Origin: Camelus dromedarius
Taxonomy: Eukaryota
Assembly (NCBI RefSeq): GCF_036321535.1
Contig: NC_087437.1
Location: forward strand, 49,106,001-49,170,000
Length of the DNA: 64,000 nucleotides
Direction of reading: 5' to 3'
Positions 12,291 through 25,295 of this stretch are shown in pieces; the stretch's first letter is position 1; every line of letters starts with the position of its first letter. The position numbers and the translations under genes were made by a program. Below the pieces are notes generated by a model. It had not been told where the DNA came from. It was given only the letters and a program-made list of their open reading frames with translations, and ran no database searches.

Positions 12291-12879
12291 CAACAGATTG
12301 ATTGAATATCTATCACGTGGAAGGGTTAGTTCAGGAAAAAGTTTAGAAAGTACTTGTATCTATGTGCATAGTCAACAGCTCAGTCAAATTGTTTAGCCTG
12401 TTACATGTATAATATTTGCATCTTCTTTAACAAATGGTAACACTATCGTGTATTTTAAAAAGGCTCCCATGGCCTGAAGTCCAGGGCTGTTGTAGGAGGT
12501 ATGAAGAGAAAATAGGAAAGATGGCCAGACATGTGTCCCAGTAAGAATTAGGAGAGAGTGCTTTAAAAGAGTAAGCATTGTAAACTCAACCCACACTAAA
12601 AGGAAGAACAATTCCAAAGATCAGGCTTCTAAAATAGTACCAACTTGGGTTTGGCGAGTCCAAAAAGAAGTCTGATCCTATAGATGGAAGGCCTTTAGTA
12701 ACTACAGCTTCAGAAACAGACATAGATACTTCAGATAATAATAAGATTGGCAACAAAAGTAAAAACAGCAACAGTAATAGCAATTACAGCAGTAATAATA
12801 ATAGTTGTATGAAGGTTTGTTACACTTTAGCCACTGTTTTAAGTGTATATATGTAACAATGTATTTATTATCCTAAAGT

Positions 12880-13545
12880 TCATTAATGCACTTGATAAAC
12901 ATTTATTGGATGACAACTATATGCAAGGTATTATAAACAAACAAACAAAAAAGCCTCTGCCCTTAAGTTTAAGTGAAGAAAGCCTCTGTCCTTAAGTTTA
13001 ATTTTAGTGAAGAAAGTTTTTTTTTCCCTTTATTGAATCAAGGAGCCAGAATAGGCCCTAGTGAGAAAGTGAGATTTAAGCCAAGACTTGAAGGAGAAGA
13101 CACGTTAGCAGGCAGGTCTCTAGGGGAGGAAGGTTTCAGGCTGTGGGAACAGCTACAGCAAAGACCTAAATGCAGGAGCGTGCCTTTTGTGGTCGAGGAG
13201 CAGGGAGGAGATGAGTGTGGCTGAAGCTGCCTGAGTGACTGAGGGGAGAGTGGGAGGGGGATAATAGCAGAGCATGGTAGGGCGGAGCAGCATGGAAGAC
13301 ATTGTAAGCCAAGTTGAGGACTTGAACTTTTACTCTGAATTGAATATGAAGCCATTGCATGATTTTGATCAGAGTAGTGACTTGGTTTGCCCAGATATGA
13401 AATGGATCACTCTTGGCAGTCATGTTGGGAATAAATTTGTGGGGTAGGAAGGCTGATTAAGAGACTTTTGAGACAGTGGTAACAAAGACAAGGGTGGTAG
13501 CCATGGCAGTAATGAGGAGTAGTCAAATTCTAAATTTATATTGAA
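12880..13545 (-). mobile_element. L2 fragment
   Basis: AAACATTTATTGG, GATTTAAGCCAAGACTTGAAGGA, GGACTTGAACTTTTACTCTGA, GGATCACTCTTGGC. Confidence 0.8.
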
Positions 13546-14945
13546 GGGACCAAGAAATTAAGTAACTCATCTAAAGTTACAAAGCTAATAAGCGAGTGAA
13601 TTGGGAATTGAACCCAGGCAGTACAGACCCAAGGATGACTGTGAGACACAGAATAAACTGACCAATAAAAAAGAGATAGTGAGATAATAGATATCAACTC
13701 AATAAAAGGCAGAACTTTCTAATAATTATACCTGTCAGTCAGCTATTTTCTATGATTAGAGGGGTTTAAGTCTAAACTAGAAAGCCATTTGTTTTTGATA
13801 GTAAGGGACTAAGGGAGATTCATGCATGGTGTGGGGGATAGTAATAAAGTTACTTTTAGTCCCCTTCTAAGATTCTATAATCCAAATACAGAATGACAAC
13901 TGTTTTTTGGTAAAAGTTGACAACTCTAATTCATAATTACTATTTTTAAAACCATTTTCTTGCCTTCATCTCTTATACCAAGGTATAAGCAATGCTAGAT
14001 TTGGCCTCTGTCCTTAAAGGAAGAATGAAAGCTTGATATATCTGACAAATCTCTGTTGTGACTTAAAGTGAACCCATGAAATTGCCCTATTAAATGCAAA
14101 TTTAAAACATTTGTGTATTTGTAATGGAAATGCTGCCACTAGGCAGAGTTTGGAGGATATAAATTCATAAAATGATAGATGATGGTCTCAGATTAGGATT
14201 CTCCAAAATCGTTGCATACAACCTTTCAGTACTCCTATAAGGATCTTGGCTAATTGTTCATACATTCCAGGTGCTGAACCCTGTGTGTGTTGATGGAGTA
14301 TTAGTGCTTCTGTTTCTGAAACAGACGTGGCTCTGTTCCTCCTATCATTGTGGGCTGATGTGCTGGGAGGTAATCTAAAGATAGGATTTCATCTAACATT
14401 TTTAAAATGTTCTTTAGCATAATATCAAACCATTCTGAAGAAACTCCTACTGGGTGTGCTATTTCCCACTGCAAGCAATATGTAACAAATCTATAGACTC
14501 TGTTAACTACCCCCGGGGCATTTGGTGGGACAGGAAATGTGACAACCTGGGAGAAACTTTTTGAAATATTTCTAGTTGTACTAAGAAAGGATGGGGGAGA
14601 ATAGATGAATGCATGACTTATGGCAGAATGGGAAGAGGAGGAAGCAAAATAAGGTTGAAGGAGATCCTGGCAACTGACAAAGAAATGCTAGAGCCCCTAT
14701 TTTGGATGAAAGGTTTTTGAAATTCAGCCGAAGGTGGAAAATTGAATGTTAATATGCTTTACCTGAATGTGAGTGTATCTGGTCTCCTATTGATTAGTCT
14801 TTACAAAGAAGGAAAATTAAACCTAAAAAGAGCTCATTAAAAAACCCTCCCCAACTACATATAGAATGGAGTTTTGGGTAATATCCTTGTTGGACTTAAT
14901 TCTGCTCTTAAAAATATGAAAAGTAAACCTGGTGGTTCTTTACAC

Positions 14946-14965
14946 TGGTGGTGGTGGTGGTGGTG

Positions 14966-15012
<47 letters not shown>
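14946..15012. repeat. Compound (GGT)n-(TG)n microsatellite
   Basis: Direct reading; about 22 TG units. Confidence 0.98.
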
Positions 15013-15017
<5 letters not shown>

Positions 15018-17339
15018 TCATCATGCAGGTGCTCCAAGACATAACAGAGAGAGCCATTAGTTACTTGAGGCAATTTACCAGCCTACTGTAGAGCATAAGT
15101 TCAGATCTTAATGGTGACTTCTTGTCATTTGGAACTGTTTGAGTGGCATATCAAAGGAAGAGAATCTCAAATAAGTTGTCTAAATTTAGTAGGGAAACCT
15201 CTTCTCTCTGGTGGTTTTGCTTTGTATTTCTTTTGGAGCACCATAGGTATAATAGCATTAAGAAATTCGACCTGATACTGTACTTTGTAAAAAGCTGTGA
15301 CTTTCTTTTCAGGTTTTGTTTGATACTAGCAAGTGATATCTGAACCATGAAACAAGACCCTATCGACCTTATCTCTTGCAGTGTAAAACCGTACTCCCAC
15401 TTGGACTCTTTCTGTTTAATTCATAGTGCAATTTTAATGAGTTATTTTTTTCTCCTTTTTTGTTTTCTTAGTGTGTAGCATGCAACTTACATAGTCTGTT
15501 AGAATTTTAGGTCAACTTTTATAATTCCCAAAAATTAATTGTGGAAAAAGTTTTGCTTTGTAAATGTGCACATGTAGAGAACTAGCACCCCCTAGTGTAT
15601 TAAATGCCACCAAAGATTTGATTTGTCATTTAATAAGGTAATAACAAAAACAGAAATGTTTCCTAATGGACAGGTTGTTAACTTTTACCACTGGCATATG
15701 ACATAATTTGTTTAGGCATAGGGCAGGCATGTTTTTAAGTTAATAAAGATCATAAATGAACTAAAAGGATGGAAGTCACATTTCAAACGTTGAAACTAAA
15801 ATTAGAAAACCATCTTGGCTATTTGAACTGTTGGTGTTATTTTAAGGCTGTAAAATAGAACAATAATCTGGTCATGTTGCTAATTTTCTAAATTCTTTCT
15901 TTTGGAAAATTTCAGCAACATACTTAATTGTTTATGAAAGACTATAAAGCTGAAAGTGTTTAGGGTTTCTCTTCTTTTGGTGACTGTTATACTGTGTGTT
16001 GCTTAATGAAACTGTAAACTGAAAATTATAGCTTCATTCTAGAGAGTGAGAGGACTTATTCCAACAGATGGCATCAAAACACCGGTCTAAACTGTATGAT
16101 CGCTGATTGTTAATTGCATCTGTAAAACAATCCTTTTAAGCAGAGTAATGCATTTTATCATACAGATTATAGTTCTACGCTTTTTGGTTTTTCAATGTGT
16201 GTTAACATTTTCTGCTCCAATGTAAGATTTAGTGCTTGCATAATTATCAGATTAAACAACAGAACAACAGTGACTCAATCATTTTTAAGAACCATGCTTA
16301 AGGAAGATAGAGAACCATGAATCACATTTTTTAGGGCATGCTATTTGAGAAATGTTTGAGTTCTTATTTCATTATATAAAACAGGAAGAATGGGCTGGAT
16401 CTCACCCTGATCAAATTAAAATAGTGGAAATCTATAAAAAGGTCTTAAACATATGATAAACATATACTGTATTTTTAATATATCTCACTGTAGATGAAAA
16501 TAAGTTTAATCTACATGGATATTTTGAATGAAAAGGAAATATATGAGGCACATAATAATAAAGGGCTATTCTTGGAAGATTTAGAGATAAAGGCACACAG
16601 CTTCCTTTTAGAAATGGTTCCAGATGAATAGGTTTGACGACATCATGAATATTCTTTTAGTAAGATTTTTCTGTGTTTTAGATGGAATTGGGAAAATGAA
16701 ATATGAAGGCTTGATTTTTTGTCAGTTCTTTGGTCTAGGTGATTTGGAACTTGGAGCCTGAGTTTAAAGATGTGGAGAGAATAATAAACATTCATGTCAT
16801 CATAAGGCAGCTTTTTGGTTTATGGCAGGGGTGCATGTGATTCTCTTTACACCCAACATATTAAGTATAAACAGAATTAATGGCCCCCAAACTCTTCCTA
16901 TTTTGATGTCTTGTGTCAGCGACTGGGAAGAGGCTATCAGAGTAAACTTGCTTGTTGAAATGGAAATATGCACTTAGGAAATCAATTTGTAATGATTCCA
17001 TTTCTAAGTTGTTGGATCTCTTCAACTGATATGTAAGTGCCACTAAGATAATGCCTGATAAATGACCCTTCCTAAGTGAAGTATTATCAACAGTATAGAT
17101 TCTATTTGGAAAACATCAAAACCAAGAACATGGATGTAACCACAAAGGATGTCTAAGCAGCAAAAAGATATGTCTTTAAAAGTCTATGGTGAACCCTTGC
17201 CCAGAGCCCACTTTTTCTTATTTTGAAAAGGAATTCTGACCTTTTTTTTTTTTATTTTTAGCCACAACAGATTACAAAGGCAAGTTACTAGGGGCAAGTA
17301 CATGGAGTGACTTCTGATGCCTCACTCTGAAGAAAGGGT

Positions 17340-17915
17340 TGGAAAACTGTATTAACAAATCAGAGAATTATTTATTAAATTACCAAGGGGAAATAGGAAC
17401 TTGGAATATTTCAGCAGATGCCAACTTAACGGAGTTGTTGATCAAGGTTACTATTACCAGTAATAAGAAAAATCTCATCATGAACCCTGATGTACCAAAG
17501 AAAGGGCACAGCCTTACTTCTGTGGTATATTTACCAAAAATGTATAACCTCAACATAATAATTAGAAAAGTCAGACAAATTTGAATACAATCTACAAAAT
17601 AATTGACCACTACTCATTCAAAGTGACAAGATCATGGTAGACAAGGACAGACTGAGGATCTGCCACAGATTGGAGGAGACTAAAGAGACAAAAAAATTAA
17701 ACTCAGTGTGAGAGTCTAGGTTGGGTCCTGAAAGGACATTAGTGGAAAAAGTGGCAAAATTTGAATAAGGTGTACAGTTTAATTAATATTATTTATTGTA
17801 GCAATGTTAATTTCTTGGTTTTGATGATTACATTGTAATTATTTAAGATAATAGCATTGGGGAAGTTGAGTGAAGAGTATGTGTAGGGATTCCCTATACT
17901 ATTTTGCAACTTTTA
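17340..17915 (+). mobile_element. Ancient L1 3'UTR (L1MC-like)
   Basis: GATCAAGGTTACTATTACCAGTAAT, CAGATTGGAGGAGACTAAAGAGACA, GGACATTAGTGGAAAAA, AATGTTAATTTCTTGGTTTTGAT, CTATTTTGCAACTTTT. Confidence 0.8.
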
Positions 17916-18524
17916 ATTATGTAGACTCATGCTTTTTCTTAGCCTATCATTTAGCAAATAAGCCTGAATTTCTCTAATGTATACCGTTACACTTCATTGA
18001 CTGAGAGAAGCTTACAAGTTTTTTTTTCGAACACCCATCTTGTATTCAGTGCTGGGTGAGGTGCTATAGGATTGAGAAGTATGCTTTAGTTCTATTTTAT
18101 CTTATAAGAAACTCTTTAAAGGCCTCCTGGGGGCTTATAAGAATCAAGAATGTGTATAAGTGCAAATCAACAAGATTGTATTCACATATGTGTTTAGACC
18201 AGTGATTTCCAACCTTATTGAGATTAAAGATTTCATTTTAATGTCAGATATTTCACAAACTTTCTGATAGCTATCTGTGTTTAGTACTTGGAATTAGAAA
18301 AATACACGATGGCAGAAAAACAAACATGAATCATTTGAAGTTAATGTGCATCTCATTTGTCACCACAGTGTCTACTTATTTTGAAAAATAGTAGCAAATA
18401 CAGGTGAGTTGCATATAATTTAGTATATGCTTTGGTACATAAAGGGATCCATAGCCCATGAATTCTTCCCCTGTCCTACCCCATCCCATGGGTGTTTGTT
18501 CTCAGGCTGTGAGCCACACTGTTG

Positions 18525-19570
18525 CAGCATAAATACTGTAGGAATCCAGCTGAGAAAGGTTGGTATTGTCAGGGAAATTATCAGAGGCTTCCTGGTGGGG
18601 CTTAGGTGTGCCTCAGAGGTTGGAAAAAGCTGGTGTATGCCCAAGGGAAGTCACTGAGAAGCAGGAATGAGGCAGGCATATTGAAAGGCAAATGAGGAGC
18701 CGAGACTGGCCACAGGGAGAGCTATGTTTGGTAGTTAGGAAAAATAAAATGGGTTAAATGAGGCAAAGGGAGATTATAGAGATTCTTGAAATCAAGCACA
18801 GAAGCTACAAACTTCTATTAAGACAAAGCACTGGACCAGGACTCAAAGGAATGGATTGTAATCCTGGCTCCGCAATTACTAGCCTTAGGCAAGTTAAATT
18901 TTGGAGCCTCAATTTTCATCATTAGTACGACTGGGATAATAATACCTACTACCACTCAGAGAAGAGAGCATCTGTAAAATTTCCTAGTGGGCTTTCACTC
19001 TCCTTTGGTTGCATCTGAAACAGGGAACTATCTAAGATTATTGAGCAGGGAATCAGCATGATGAAAGTGATATATTAAAGAAGATTAGTTTGGCAGCTAT
19101 GTGCAGGTTGGATTAGAATCAGGGAAGCCAGTGAGAAAACTGTCCCTGTGATCCAGACTCAGAGACTGTGAAAATGGGGACAAAAGGAGGTTGAGATGAA
19201 AATCAATTGGATTTTAGTTTGATAAGGTATCAGGGATGAGGTGAATCAAAAATGATCTTGAGGTTTTAAATAGCTAGTGACTACAGAAGAATGGCTGGAA
19301 TACTAAATAAGAAAAGGTAAATGGAAAGGAAGCTGATTTGGGGGAAAAGGATGCTAGATTTGAACATGGTGAATAGTATGTGAGAGCCAAGAGTCAAGTA
19401 GAAATGGGCTCCAGACTATTGGGAATATGCCTTCGGAGTGAAGGTGAAGTTTGTGCTAGAGATGGCAAGGTGGGAGTCACCAGCCTAGTGGGGACAGCTG
19501 AGCTCTGAAGTGGCTGTGTCACGTAATAGAGATTATAAACAGGAAACCAAGGATCTCAGATGAAGCCTGT
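18525..19570 (-). mobile_element. L2 fragment interrupted by a plus-strand MIR (~18825-18975)
   Basis: L2-like AAGATTAGTTTGGCAGCTATGTGCAGG and GAACATGGTGAA. MIR-like TAATCCTGGCTCCGCAATTACTAG...GAGCCTCAATTTTCATC. Confidence 0.7.
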
Positions 19571-19696
19571 GTGGTACTTTCCCTTGAGATATAATTCCAA
19601 AGGCTGATCAGTTCATTACTCTGTAGCTAATATAAGATGGAATTGCATTTTAATCATCTTATGGGGGGTATTTTTTGTTTGTTTAAAAATTCAGAT

Positions 19697-19850
19697 GTTG
19701 GCGAGGGTATAGCTCAGTGGCAGAGTATGTGCTTAGCATGCACGAAATTCTGGGTTCAATCCCCAGCACCTCCATTTAAAAAATTTTTTTTAACTCCATT
19801 AAAATTTTTTAAAATAAATGAATCTTATTACCCCCAAAAATATTTTTTTA
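19697..19850 (+). mobile_element. tRNA-Ala-derived camelid SINE (Vic-1 type)
   Basis: GAGGGTATAGCTCAGTGG A box and GGTTCAATCC B box. TSD AAAAATTCAGAT at 19685-19696 and 19851-19862. Confidence 0.9.
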
Positions 19851-20189
19851 AAAAATTCAGATAGACCAAAGGTACATAAACACATTTTTTTTCTTTTCAA
19901 GGAAATGACTGATAGCTGGCTTATAGTGCTCCTTCAAGGATGAGGTATTAAAAGATACTTCTTTGGGGTCGTTTCTTCCTGAGCTATGGCAGGGAAGTAT
20001 AGCAACATTGCTGGAAATGCTAGCTGGCAGAGCCACTTAACAACAGGCATTAACCAGTGGGGCCTGTCTGGCATTCAGAATTCTTCCTGATCTAACTTCT
20101 TCCCAGCCTCGTTATGTAATACTGCAGGGTCCTTCCAGCTGCACAAGTTGGAACCCCAAATATGCTAAGTCTTCTGCTAGCTCTGAGCC

Positions 20190-20478
20190 CTCACTCTCCT
20201 TTACTAGGAATGCCCTTCTCTTCAAATCCTTCAAGACCCAATTCTGATACCTCCTCTTCCCTGAGCCTGGTCCTAATTTCCCAGTGAGAAAGAATCGCAT
20301 CTTCACTGGTGCTCTCATCCCCGTGACACACTCCTTCCAGCCTCCCTTGCCTCGTCCTCACTTATTTACATCCTTGTCTTCCCCACACGGCTGTGAACTC
20401 CAGTAGCAGGGGATGTATCTGTGTACACCCCACCCAGTGCCTGGCCTCGTCTCTCGCTTACTGCTTGCCAAATTGAAA
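20190..20478 (+). mobile_element. L2 3' fragment
   Basis: GGAATGCCCTTC...TCCTTCAAGACCCAATTC...CTGTGAACTCCAGTAGCAGGG...CAGTGCCTGGC. Confidence 0.7.
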
Positions 20479-21739
20479 AGAAGATGACATTTTTCTTAGC
20501 TACATTTTAATAAATTGAAAGAGAAGAAAAGCTGCCACTGGGAAGCAGGAAAAGAAGAGTCCTCTGTCTTTAGTTGAAAATTGAACTAAGCAGAAAAAGG
20601 AGCTGGTGACAGCGGTAGGGTAATAGCCATTTCTGTGGGTGGCCCAGGAGGTTCCGGGAGAGTAAACATGACAGTCTGACTTCCTGTGGAGCTGTGGATC
20701 TCTCTGCATCGGAAGCTTGTGTTAAGGACATGATTCCTCTGTGTAGAGTTTTAGATGATACGGTGAATTTTACTCGAATTATTCAGTCAGGGTGACCAGG
20801 CTGTATCGGAGGTGGGTGATAGGTGATAAGGCCCAGAGAGGGGCAGCCGGGGATTGTGGAGGGGATTGAAAGGAATAATGTCCAGTCCATGTGCAAAAAC
20901 TAAATATTTGATAACTTAAAATTTCAAATGGGCTAGAGGGAAATTAGAGGGTTTATTTTGGAAAGAAAAGATCCATCTCAGGCTTGATTAATCTAACCCC
21001 CAGATTATCAAATGCATAATAACCTGTCATATTTGGTTCAAGCTACAGAGCTTTCAATTAAATAGAGGCTGAACATTTAAATTTGATTAAGTAAGGTGAC
21101 TTCTAATAATACAGGCAATTAGCCTGTGGAATGTGCAGGTGGAGAATGAGAAGGAAGAAACAATGCTGCATTCTGAAAGCTGGTTTAGTGATTTTTAATA
21201 TAATAATGCCTTATGCTTTAAAGCACTTTTTAATTTACAATACTCCTTAATCTTCATTATTTCATTTGAGGCTTGCATTCCCCTGTTGGGTGGGTGAAGA
21301 AAGCTGTGCTCACATCTGGGTCTCCTCCCTTCGAGCCTGGACTTCAGGTATTCCTTTCGCAACCCCTGCTACCTCTCTTATGGACCTGAAGATAGATCCA
21401 GTGTGATTAGAGTTCTTAGCTGTCATTCAATTAATACATGACAGTGTGGTTTGATATAAGCTATCTGAATAAAAAACTTGTTTTATTTATTTTTGCAACT
21501 ATTCCACACACCATGTGATACAGTGTTATGTATGGTAAATATCCACAATTATTTGGGGAACAAATGAACAGTTACAGAATTTCCCCAGGCATCCTAGTGT
21601 TTCTAGAAAGTACCTGAGAGAGATTCACTTGGTGAGGGACCAGCAGTGGTGAAGATGGGCACAGGAAAAACATGGAAGGACAGGCCTATGAGACTACAGC
21701 CTCTTTAACCCCAGCAGCTCCCTTTTATGTGTATTCTGT

Positions 21740-22113
21740 AGTTAATGTGTTGAATTGTATGTCCCACCCCCCACATTCATATGCTGAAGTTCTAACCTTC
21801 AGTATCTTATACTATGAGTATATTTGGAGATAGTCTTTAAAGGTGTAATTAAGCTAAAACGAGGCCATTAGGGTGGACCCTAATCCAATCTGACTGGTGT
21901 TCTTATAAGGAGAGGGAATTTGTACCCAGAGGGAAGACCATGTAAAGACACGAGGAGGAAATAGCCACCTACAGGCCAAGAAGGCCTCAGGAGAAACCAA
22001 CCCTACTGACACCTGGGTCTTCTAGTCTCCAGAATTATGGGGAAATTCGTTTCTGTTGTTTCAGACACCTCATCCATTGTACTTTGCTGTGGCAGCCTGA
22101 GGGAATGAACGCA
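21740..22113 (+). mobile_element. MaLR solo LTR (MLT1B-like)
   Basis: TTCATATGCTGAAGTTCTAACC, GAGGCCATTAGGGTGGACCCTAATCCAATCTGACTGGTGTTCTTATAAG, GGCCTCAGGAGAAACCAACCCT; homologous to 8436-8837. Confidence 0.92.
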
Positions 22114-24924
22114 TTGATTCTGAGGACAGTTAAGGAAATTAAAGGAGTGGGGGAGTGGTGTGGAGAAGGGAGGAGAGAGAAGAAAAGGAACATGCTTAAG
22201 AGAGTTATGAAAGCAAGGTTCTGTGCCTTAAGATTATTATCTATGAGAGTCAGATAAATATTTTGTCTTTAAATTACATAAACTATCAGTATGTATAGGA
22301 CTCTCTTTTTGAGGTGACCAAGTCTATAGCTTCGTTGGGTAACGAGAGCAAAACAGCTTCTAAATTTTATTTTCCAGCTCTAGAATATTAATAATCAATT
22401 TCGGCACACATTGCATTTTGCAGCATGATTACCGTTGTTCTTGAAAAAGATAAGCAGTTTCTAAGCTGTATGTGGCACAAACCAATACCATGGCTCCTTA
22501 GTTCCCCACCATTCTGCACTGAACACGTCAGACTCTGAGCATCTTCTAAAGTCCACAAAGAAAATACTCGACATTCAAATAATTTCACAAAAGCATGAAA
22601 AGCAATACACATAATTTTTTTGGGTAATTTGAAACCTCTGGAGGAGAATTTTAGATCTGTTAATATCACAATTTGTTTCAAAATTTTCTCGGCTCTCTTG
22701 GACCTGAGCAAATTGCCAACAAAAGACAAACTGTCTCCCCACCAAGTTTCAGGATGGTGTGGTATAACCATCATTAATTAAGGATGCATTTTTCAGTAGT
22801 ATCATTGTGAAGAAAACTTTTACTGCTATTTACAAAAAGAAATCTGTGTAAAGGCACGAAATGAAACAGTTTCTGAGAGAGTTATATGTAAGCATCCATA
22901 TTTGGGATCCATTGTCATTTTCCTTGATTCCAAGGCTGTGTCATTTGCAAATAAAATTAATGTCAGGTTTTTGTTCTTCATGCCTGCTGTGGTAACAACA
23001 CTGAAACTGCTCTAAAGGATCCATATATTGTATTTTCAAGTTTGAACCTAAATTTTAAAGAGGTTTGAATGCAATAAAACATGAAAGTTCATTATTTAGT
23101 TAGAAAAGTGAAAAAAAAATCCCACAGGACAAGACTATATGCTTACTGCCTTTCATAATAAACATTGTATGGCATTCTTTAAGAATATAAATGGTTGAAG
23201 CCTTTTAAAAAATGATCAGACAATTGTCTAATTAGGAAGTGGAGAAGAAAACTCTATTTGTTTTACTTACAGTCTAGAAAAATAATGCTTCACATGAAAG
23301 CATAACTTATTCTGAATGATCTGTTGTGTCAGTAATTGGCAAATTCTTTAAATGTAGACAATTATGTGTAAACGTAAACACAGACTATCTATCATTGACC
23401 ATTTTCTGGTGATGGAATCTGCAAACTGCTTCTCTCACAGGATCATCCTTCTAGGCTAGGATGTAAGCTGGTAACAACAACCAAAATGCATATTCGATTA
23501 CCTCATTTGTACTCAGAATCCTGGAAGACTCTTCCAATAGAAAGGCCTATTGTTTGCAAAAGGTCATTGGTTAGATTGGCTTTGAGCCCAATATTGTTTA
23601 TTTACATAAGTATTGGAGCACATATGACCTATCACCTTGAAACCTAGGATTGGGCAATGAAAGACCAAAGTCAGTTGCTATGCAAAGGACAAAAAGACAG
23701 AAAAGGGGCACATCTTCTTGTATATGCTGGGAGCTGGCAGCCTTGCAGGAGTAGTTTTAAATCATCATTCCCAGTCCTTTTGCAAAGGCAGGGGTATTTC
23801 ACAGTCTTGCATTTACTACCATCGATCACATTAGGTTTGCATAATCTAAGCTGCTTGTGAGTGAGACCGACTATGGTATCAGGACAAAATGCTGTAATTC
23901 CCCCTACATGAAGAGTCTAAAGCAAATTCCCAGTTCAGCATGAGCATGCAGTTCCCCGCTGTGAGTTCTTAGTCAGCATCTCTTCGTGTTTTTTAGTGTC
24001 ATGCAATGTTCTTGAAATAATAAATATTCCCTAACTTTTCAAAAGTTTGGTCTCATACATTTGTTTACAAATTGATCCAGAATTCAGAGCATAATTTTTT
24101 CCTTTAAAACATGGTTACAAATATGCCATTAAAAGCCAGTGCTTATTAGAGCTAATATTGCCAAAATATTACAAGGCTTAAACTGCATTCTTCATTACTA
24201 AACAAAACTAGAATAGAATAAAGTGCAAATAAAATTAGTTTCTTATTTATTTTGGTCACTGGTATCTAAGGAAAAGAAGGTTTAATTAGAGAAAGATGAG
24301 GCAGAAAATGGGGACTTCTTGGTACTTAAAGAACTTTAAAAGGATGAGGGCCTTAATGATGTCAAGCCTCATGATGGGGATGGTTTACTTTTCCTTGATA
24401 CAGAAGCATTGTTAACCATGCTCTAATGCTTATCGATAATAATTAGTATTGTTCTTTGGGCTCACAATGGTGCAAAGGGGAGGGCTTGAGAGAGTATAAG
24501 AGGAAAATATTTCTGAAGAAATGAGCAAGGATTAAATGTGATAGAAAGAGAAAAGGGAGTTAAAGAGATATAAGTATATATGAAAAAAGTTTTTACTAGG
24601 ATAGAATTTATGATGATTGCAAGGTTGAAATCCAAGGAGAAATTATCTAACCTATCACCTCCTTGCCTGCAGGGAGAGAAAGCAGGAAGTATGGCAGAGG
24701 CTTGAGGCTTTATTGCCATTAGCATTACTCTGGGTGATTAGCCTAGCTTGTCAGCTACCTGGAACGGGCAAGGGAGCAGGAGGTGGTAAGGAAGAGGGGT
24801 AGGAACCAACTGGCCAGCTATATAAACAGGACATTTGTAGGAGATGAGTTATGACAATAAGTGTTTTCATATTATACCATTAGAAAAAGTATATTATTTA
24901 TGAGATTACAGCCAGTGCAGTTTT

Positions 24925-25295
24925 GTGTAGTGTACTTACTATCTTCCAGGCACTGTGTTAGTCCCTTTAGAAATACTATCTCATTTAATGCTATTACTCC
25001 TGAAAGAGATATAATTGCCTCAGTTTCTAGATAAAGAAACAGAAGTTACATAAACGTTAAATATCTTGTTCAAGAGAGCAAAGCTAGAGGGGAGGGTATA
25101 GCTCAAGTGGTAGAGCACATGCTTAGCATACAGAAGGTCCTGGGTTCAATCCCCAGTACCTCCTCTAAAAATAAATAAACCTAGTTACCTCCCCCCACAA
25201 AAAAAAAAAAGAAAGAAAGAAAAAAGATTTAAAAAAAAAAAAAGAGCAAAGCTATTAACTCGTGCCCCTGAGACCTGAGCTTTGAGCTGTCGGCA
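24925..25295 (-). mobile_element. MIR interrupted by the camelid SINE
   Basis: TACTTACTATCTTCCAGGCACTGTG, ATCTCATTTAAT, TAGATAAAGAAACAGAAG. Confidence 0.7.
25087..25242 (+). mobile_element. tRNA-Ala-derived camelid SINE (Vic-1 type)
   Basis: GGGGAGGGTATAGCTCAAGTGGTAGAGC...GGTTCAATCCCCAGTACCTCC with an A-rich tail. TSD AGAGCAAAGCTA at 25075-25086 and 25243-25254. Confidence 0.93.

Noticed and set aside
14855..15073. His/Thr-rich ORF
   Set aside because: It is the translation of the (TG)n and (GGT)n microsatellites.
22388..22774. 128-aa minus-strand ORF as a coding exon
   Set aside because: No recognisable domain and no convincing flanking splice sites.
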